DNA of 64,000 nucleotides from Escherichia coli (GTDB lineage Bacteria; Pseudomonadota; Gammaproteobacteria; Enterobacterales; Enterobacteriaceae): NCBI RefSeq assembly GCF_044324875.1, contig NZ_CP172185.1; one strand, 5' to 3'. Shown piece by piece: positions 53,550 to 64,000 of this stretch (position 1 is its first letter; each line of letters starts with the position of its first letter). The notes under the pieces were generated by a model. It saw only the letters and a program-made list of their open reading frames with translations, ran no database searches and was not told where the DNA came from. The position numbers and the translations under genes were made by a program.

Positions 53550-55973
53550 TTACCCCTGAACCTTTTTTACTTCCGCACCAAGAATCTGCGCAATCAAACC
53601 TTCGGCTTTTTGTTCTAGGTTGATGATGTCGGTTGCGACCTCTTCTAAACTACGCAGCGGTTTATGACGGTAGAAATACTTATTGAAGCTGATTTCATAG
53701 CCAATTTTTACCGTATCTAGGTTTATCCATGCTTCATCGACATGAGGCTTCACTTCATCTAGGAAGTACTGGTAAATGCTTTGCTTTAATGGAACAGATT
53801 CTGTATCTCGCAGGTCTGAATTGGTCTCGTAAGTGATATACTCGCCTTTTTTACCGCCTTCTGCTGAAGGAACGGGGTAATAACCAAAATCTGGCAAGTC
53901 AGCGACTTCACACTCATAGCGCTCCAGCAGGTCGTTTAATTTATCACCCGTTAATTTAACTACCTTTTTAACCACTTTCTTGGCGGTTTCGTCATACCAG
54001 CTCACCGCGTGAAGAATGGCATTTTTCTCAGGTGCTGAAAGCTTAATAGCATGGGCTTTTAGCGATTTATCAACTTGGGTTTTAAAGCTATTGAAGTCAT
54101 CAAATTCAATGCTACCGATGTCAGCCATCAGCGTTTGTGCAGTTTCAAGCAATGCTTTTAGCGCCAGCCAGTGTTTCACATCAAGCAGTTTGGCCTTAGC
54201 CTTAGCATTGAGACTGATGTCGTTATCTTCACACCAAGAAAGAATGTCTTTCTCGATGGATTTTAAGAAGCTCTTTTTCTGATCTGACCCGTAGCCAGTT
54301 TTTTCGTAAACACGTTCGCCGTGCTCTGCGTACACGTACTCCATCACTTCACTAAGTTGCTTATCAAAACGCAGTGGGGCTATGGCATCTTGAGTAAACT
54401 TGGCTTTGCGGCGATCTGGGCGCTCGATAGTGACTTTGTAGTAGCCAAAGTCGTCATTACTAAAGACCTTACTGGCGATACCGATAGGATCATTGTTTGC
54501 ATCAAGTGCTCTTTCAACGTCCACACACGCGAGGTAAGTATCGGTGATTTCCGTGATGTGCTCAGGCGCAAATTCGCAGTTTTTGTTACCTAAGTTCTTA
54601 CGCAACTTACGGTATAGCAAGCTGGCATCAATCAGTTGCACCTTACCTTTACGTGCCTCAGGTTTATTGTTGCTCAACACCCAAATGTAAGTGGTAATGC
54701 CGGTGTTGTAGAACAGGTTATTTGGTAACTGAACGATGGCATCTAGCATGTCGTTTTCAATGATGAAGCGACGAATGTTACTTTCGCCACCGCCCGCATC
54801 ACCGGTAAAGAGCGATGAGCCGTTATGAACAGAAGCAATCCGGCTGCCTAATGGGCTTACGCTCGGATCTTTCATCTTGTTGACCATTTCCATTAAAAAG
54901 AGCAGCTGGCCATCACTTGAACGTGGCGTGGCATCCACCACTTCGAGATTTCCCCAATAGTCTTTCAGGCTAACCTTAAAACGTGGGTCAATCACGTCAC
55001 TACCGTCTTTAATATGCTTCTGTTCAGACGCCCAACTCTTACCGTATGGCGGGTTAGACAACATAAAGTCAAAGCGAGAAGCCGCAAACTCGTCGGTAGA
55101 CAAGGTTGAGCCTACCTTGATGTTCTCAGGGTTGTTACCTTTGATCATCATGTCCGATTTACAAATCGCGTAGGTCTCGTCATTGATCTCTTTGCCGTAA
55201 AGGTAAATATCTCGGCTGTCGTTCGGGTATTTCTCTTCAATGAAGTTTTGAGATTCAGTGAGCATACCACCGCTACCACACGCAGGGTCGTAAACGGTCA
55301 TGGTCAATGGTAGCTGCTCTTTCACTGGGTCAAAAACCAAGTGTGTCATCAGCTCAATCACTTCCCTAGGTGTAAAGTGCTCACCGGCTTCTTCGTTATT
55401 CTCCTCGTTGAACTTACGGATCAACTCTTCGAACACGTACCCCATACCCAGGTTAGTAAGGGCTGGCATCTTGTTGCCATCTGGGTCTTCGATCGTTTCA
55501 TGAGTTAAGTTGATGTAAGGGGAAACAAACTTTTCGACGACATCAAGAAGGACTTGCTTTGAGGCCATGTGACGAATTTGCGACTTGAGGTTAAAGCATT
55601 CAATGATTTCTTTAACATTATCGCTAAAGCCAAGCAGGTACTCTTCAAAGTTGGCGAGTAATATCTGTTGGTTATTCGTTGCGGTGTTGAACAGGGATTT
55701 CAGGGTCCATTTAGATGTATTGTAAAAAACATAACCACTAGCCGCCTTCAATGGTTCATCATCAAGCTCCGTGGCTTGCATCTCTTCTTTTTGGAACTTG
55801 ACCTCTTCAAGCACGGCTTCTTTGGTGGGTTCAAGTAACGTATCTAAACGTCGTAATACCACCATAGGTAAAATCACATCGCGGTACTTACCGCGAACGT
55901 ACACATCACGTAAACAGTCGTCGGCAATGTTCCAAATAAATGAGATGAGCTTGTTATGTACACTATGATCCAT
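53550..55973 (-). CDS. hsdM: Type I restriction-modification N6-adenine methyltransferase (HsdM), long form
   Basis: Start MDHSVHNKL… at ATG 55973; SAM-binding DPACGSGGML and catalytic NPPYG motifs; about 808 aa, with a C-terminal extension of roughly 300 aa beyond the methyltransferase core. Confidence 0.85.
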   Translation of the reverse strand: MDHSVHNKLISFIWNIADDCLRDVYVRGKYRDVILPMVVLRRLDTLLEPTKEAVLEEVKFQKEEMQATELDDEPLKAASGYVFYNTSKWTLKSLFNTATNNQQILLANFEEYLLGFSDNVKEIIECFNLKSQIRHMASKQVLLDVVEKFVSPYINLTHETIEDPDGNKMPALTNLGMGYVFEELIRKFNEENNEEAGEHFTPREVIELMTHLVFDPVKEQLPLTMTVYDPACGSGGMLTESQNFIEEKYPNDSRDIYLYGKEINDETYAICKSDMMIKGNNPENIKVGSTLSTDEFAASRFDFMLSNPPYGKSWASEQKHIKDGSDVIDPRFKVSLKDYWGNLEVVDATPRSSDGQLLFLMEMVNKMKDPSVSPLGSRIASVHNGSSLFTGDAGGGESNIRRFIIENDMLDAIVQLPNNLFYNTGITTYIWVLSNNKPEARKGKVQLIDASLLYRKLRKNLGNKNCEFAPEHITEITDTYLACVDVERALDANNDPIGIASKVFSNDDFGYYKVTIERPDRRKAKFTQDAIAPLRFDKQLSEVMEYVYAEHGERVYEKTGYGSDQKKSFLKSIEKDILSWCEDNDISLNAKAKAKLLDVKHWLALKALLETAQTLMADIGSIEFDDFNSFKTQVDKSLKAHAIKLSAPEKNAILHAVSWYDETAKKVVKKVVKLTGDKLNDLLERYECEVADLPDFGYYPVPSAEGGKKGEYITYETNSDLRDTESVPLKQSIYQYFLDEVKPHVDEAWINLDTVKIGYEISFNKYFYRHKPLRSLEEVATDIINLEQKAEGLIAQILGAEVKKVQG

Positions 55974-56134
55974 TTTCTTTTCCTGTTCAGTGTTGGTTGC
56001 ACCCCACAAAGTTGCTGCAACGGCTTCACTATAAATTTAAAATTCTGTTCTTTCTGTAACGCCTAAATGGCCGCTACATCGTTCGATTAACTTGTTCTAC
56101 CCGGCGCTAGATTTAAGTTTATGACACCATAAAG

Positions 56135-56182
56135 TGAATCGCCACAGGTTTAATAGACTGAATCGCCACAGGTTTAACAGAC
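56135..56182. repeat. 2 x 24-bp tandem direct repeat
   Basis: TGAATCGCCACAGGTTTAATAGAC / TGAATCGCCACAGGTTTAACAGAC, between the hsdM start and the IS911 right end. Confidence 0.6.
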
Positions 56183-56201
56183 ACCTCAGAGTCATTTAAG
56201 A

Positions 56202-58958
<2,757 letters not shown>

Positions 58959-59753
58959 CGTAAGTAAAATCAGCCACCCACAACTGGTCAGGACGTTCTG
59001 CCACAAACTGACGGTTTACGCGGTCGCCTGCGGCAACGGCTTTCCGGCTGACGGTAGTGCGGACCTTTTTACCCCGGAGAACACCGGCAAGTCCCATAAC
59101 CGCCATGAGGCGCGCCACTGTACATCTGGCTACCCTGATTCCTTCCCGTAACAACTGACGCCAGACTTTACGCACACCGTATACCTGATGATTCCCATCG
59201 TATACGCGCAGTATCTCTTTCTTCAGCCAGTCATCGCGCTGCGCACGGGCACTGCGTTTATCCGGATGATGTCGCTGTTGCTGACAGTGGTAATACGTTG
59301 ACGGGGCAATATGTAGTTCACTGCATACCGGTCCGACCCCGTACAGCTTACGCAGCTTATCCAGCAGTGGCATCACTTTTTCCAGAGGCGGTCGAACTCC
59401 ACCTTCGCAAAATAAGCGGAAGCCTGGCGAAGGATATCGTTACTGCGGCGCAGTTCACGATTTTCACGTTCCAGCTCTTTCAGACGCTGACGTTCAGCGG
59501 TGGTGAGCCCGCCATCACCGCCTCCGGTATCCCGCTCATGCTGGCGCACCCAGACACGCAGAGTCTCCGGTGTACAGCCAATCTTTGGGGCAATGGAACA
59601 AATTGCCGCCCACTGTGAGTCATATTCGCCCTGACTTTCCAGAACCATACGAATCGCCCTCTGACGGACTTCGGGGGAAAAACGAGTATTTTTAGTCATT
59701 CTGTTTACCTCTTTCTCAGGGAGTTTAGTCTCCAGGATTCCCGGGGCGGTTCA
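58959..59753 (-). mobile_element. IS629 partial copy 5 (OrfA plus 5' part of orfB), 5' exon of the group II intron
   Basis: orfB reads …[10 protein letters not shown] then the intron begins one base later; IS end …CCCGGGGCGGTTCA at 59753. Confidence 0.85.
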
Positions 59754-60352
59754 GAATAACGGAAGCCGCGTGTATGGCTCATGCCCGGAGAAAAATCCAC
59801 GATGTGCATGCAAGAGCGCCCACCGACATCACCACGGAAGCCCTGCAGCGTATCGGTGAACTGTATGCCATCGAGGCAGAGGTCCGGGGCTGTTCAGCAG
59901 AACAGCGTCTGGCGGCAAGAAAAACCAGAGCCGCGCCACTGATGCAGTCACTGTATGACTGGATACAGCAACAGATGAAAACACTGTCGCGTCACTCAGA
60001 TACGGCAAAAGCGTTCGCATACCTGCTGAAACAGTGGGATGCACTGAACGTGTACTGCAGTAATGGCTGGGTGGAAATCGACAACAACATCGCAGAGAAC
60101 GCCTTACGGGGAGTGGCCGTAGGCCGGAAAAACTGGATGTTCGCGGGTTCCGACAGCGGTGGTGAACATGCGGCGGTGTTGTACTCGCTGATCGGCACAT
60201 GCCGTCTGAACAATGTGGAGCCAGAAAAGTGGCTGCGCTACGTCATTGAACATATCCAGGACTGGCCGGCAAACCGGGTACGCGATCTGTTGCCCTGGAA
60301 AGTTGATCTGAGCTCTCAGTAAATATCAATACGGTTCTGACGAGCCGCTTAC
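59754..60352 (+). mobile_element. IS66-family 3' fragment (TnpC C-terminal region and right IR)
   Basis: ORF 59774-60322 …[13 protein letters not shown]…[44 protein letters not shown]…; IR ends …GAGCCGCTTAC at 60352; upstream part missing at the IS629 junction. Confidence 0.8.
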
Positions 60353-61340
60353 GGCCGTTATCAACGGCGCCCGGAAAAGTCAGGCTTGTAGGTGTATCGG
60401 TATTTCTATTCGGACACTTCAGCGCTGGACTAATGGCAACGTCATCACCACGGACCGAAGATCCGATACTGTAAACAGATCTCCCCGAAATAAGCTGTCA
60501 GAAGCGGAAAGATTGCGGATACTGGAGTTGTGCAACTCTCCAGAGTTTGCATCCTTACCTCCAAATGTGATCGTACCAACTCTGGCAGACAGGGGTATTT
60601 ATATTGCTTCTGAATCAAGCTTTTATCGTGTACTGAAATCAGCCAACCAGTTGAAGAAACGCTCCCGTGAATGTCAGTATAAACGGCCTGATGTACTCAG
60701 GGCCGTTGCACCGAATCAAGTCTGGAGTTGGGACATCAGCTATTTGCCGTCCTGGGTCAGAGGTCAGCATTTTTACCTCTATATGATCGTCGATATTTAC
60801 AGTCGCAAGATTATTGCTGCAGAGGTATTTGCCAGCGAATCTGGAAAACATGCAGCAGAACTACTCCAGCGGGCAGTATGGAATGAAAAATGTTCATCCA
60901 ACAATCTGGTACTCCATTCTGATAATGGTGGTCCCATGCGCAGTTACACGTTGTTGGCGAAAATGTATGCGCTTGGTGTGCTAAGTTCTTATTCCCGGCC
61001 AAGAGTCAGCAATGATAATCCTTACTCAGAATCTTTGTTCCGGACTCTCAAATATTGTCCCTGGTGGCCTGAGAACGGTTTTCGCACTATTAATGATGCC
61101 AGAGTATGGGTAAACCGTTTTGTAAACTGGTACAACTTTGAACATAAGCACAGCGGGATCAAATACGTCACGCCAGCCGAGCGTCATCAAGGTAATGATA
61201 TGAAAATACTGGCGGCCAGAAAAGCAGTATACCAGCTAGCACGCGAACAGCATCCTGAACGTTGGGGAAAGCATCTACGTAACTGGGACTACATATCAGA
61301 AGTTTACCTGAATCCAGAAAAAGAGGCTGCATAACGTAAT
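60353..61340 (+). mobile_element. IS3-family element, partial (5'-truncated orfA region plus orfB)
   Basis: OrfA-like HTH stretch (…CRCIGISIRTLQRW…) in one frame followed by DDE OrfB ORF 60513-61334 (…VWSWDISYLP…HSDNGGPM…NPYSES…); specific IS not identified. Confidence 0.65.
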
Positions 61341-61365
61341 TTTATTACAAAAGGCGACAACTACC

Positions 61366-61902
61366 TTGAAAAACGCCGCCAAACTGCGATCGATTCAGAT
61401 GCCATTTTGCACCATCAACACAGTATATCCGAAGGCCCGCATCCAGTTATGCGTCGTGCATATGGTGCGCAACAGCCTGCGCTTCGTGTCATGGAAGGAC
61501 TACAAGGCCGTCACTCGCGACCTGAAAGCGATTTATCAGGCTCCCACGGAAGAGGCAGGTCAGCAGGCACTGGAAGCGTTCGCTGCGGCCTGGGACAGTC
61601 GCTATCCTCAGATAAGCCGAAGCTGGCAGGCTAACTGGCCGAATCTTGCCACGTTCTTCGCTTATCCAACGGACATCCGCAAAGTGATCTATACGACGAA
61701 TGCCATCGAGTCGCTAAACAGCGTGATCCGCCATGCGATCAAAAAGCGTAAAGTGTTCCCGACAGACGACTCGGTGAAAAAAGTGGTGTGGCTGGCAATC
61801 CAGTCTGCGTCCCAGAAATGGACGATGCCGTTGAAGGACTGGCGAATGGCAATGAGCCGCTTTATTATCGAGTTCGGTGACCGCCTGGACGGTCACTTCT
61901 GA
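61366..61902 (+). pseudogene. IS256-family (mutator-type) transposase C-terminal fragment
   Basis: …IQLCVVHMVRNSLRFVSWKDYKAVTRDLKAIYQAPTEEAG…TTNAIESLNSVIRHAIKKRKVFP…, characteristic C-terminal region of IS256-family transposases; N-terminal two thirds absent. Confidence 0.7.
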
Positions 61903-62107
61903 GAAAAGGCATTTACACAGAATCCTAAACAGGCTCCCGTCACGATACCCGGTATCAATCAATGAAGTCCATTTAATTGATGACGTCGAAGTTATGGCAT
62001 GTGTGACGATGCTGAGAAAGCGCCCTTTTTCAGGTGTTTTTTTAATCTTTTTGGGGTTTAAATTCCTATTGATGAACAACGCTTTCATTTACGGGACAAT
62101 GACCGGC

Positions 62108-62133
62108 AACGCTCCCGGTACACCGGGAGCGTT
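62108..62133 (-). terminator. candidate terminator hairpin 5 bp after scrY stop
   Basis: AACGCTCCCGG-TACA-CCGGGAGCGTT perfect 11-bp stem; no flanking T-run. Confidence 0.4.
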
Positions 62134-62138
62134 AGTGT

Positions 62139-63686
<1,548 letters not shown>

Positions 63687-63734
63687 TCACCCGCAACAAA
63701 AATGACGTGCACAACGGTTACGGGCAGGAAACGG

Positions 63735-64000
63735 TCAGGGGTGTTTCAGTAAATCCTGGCGACGGGGTAACGCTGTCATGGCACCTTTTGCTGTCGTGGC
63801 AAGCGCACCACAGCGCTGGGCCTGTTCGATGACGGATGCGAGTGCCTGCTCACCGGAGGGCATCCCCTCTGCCGCCAGCGCTGCCAGCAGACCTGCCACG
63901 AAGGCGTCACCGGCACCGGTCGTGTCCACACTCACCACCGGTGTTGCCGGGAAGTACAGGTTTTTTCCCTGCCAGCGAGCCATCACGCCATCCTTTCCTT
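63735..64000 (-). CDS. scrK: fructokinase (ScrK, PfkB family), C-terminal part; 5' end beyond window
   Basis: …VVSVDTTGAGDAFVAGLLAALA… PfkB carbohydrate-kinase motif; upstream of scrY on the same strand. Confidence 0.75.
   Translation of the reverse strand, partial: GKDGVMARWQGKNLYFPATPVVSVDTTGAGDAFVAGLLAALAAEGMPSGEQALASVIEQAQRCGALATTAKGAMTALPRRQDLLKHP

Overview
This window reads as an IS-saturated, mosaic accessory region of an Escherichia/Shigella-type genome (organism assignment is inference from gene content; nothing was searched against a database). Left to right: (1) a CP4-44/CP4-57-like island module: cbtA/cbeA toxin-antitoxin, YeeT-like, RadC-like, antirestriction, DUF932, an Ag43 (flu) autotransporter that is a pseudogene, and a YeeP-like GTPase, with an IS21-family element and an IS66-family element inserted; (2) an AfuABC-type ferric iron ABC transporter; (3) a biotin-dependent PxpA/BCCP/biotin-carboxylase/KipI/KipA-like operon with IS2 inside the BCCP gene, plus a LysR regulator; (4) a MocR regulator, GabT-like aminotransferase and amino-acid permease; (5) an LldD-like dehydrogenase split by IS629, a PapB-like regulator, LldP and an MFS transporter, bracketed by IS21-like end remnants; (6) a graveyard of nested IS (second IS66 element, IS629, IS30, IS911, a group II intron); (7) a Type I restriction-modification operon hsdM-hsdS-X-hsdR, where X is a 387-aa putative PD-(D/E)xK nuclease at the position PrrC occupies in EcoprrI, and hsdS is split by two inverted IS629 copies with the segment between them inverted; (8) IS66/IS3-family/IS256 fragments and a remnant sucrose regulon (scrY, partial scrK). 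The best candidate for an undescribed system is the hsd-embedded gene X. All family assignments are from reading the translations; no tRNA, rRNA or CRISPR array was found by eye.
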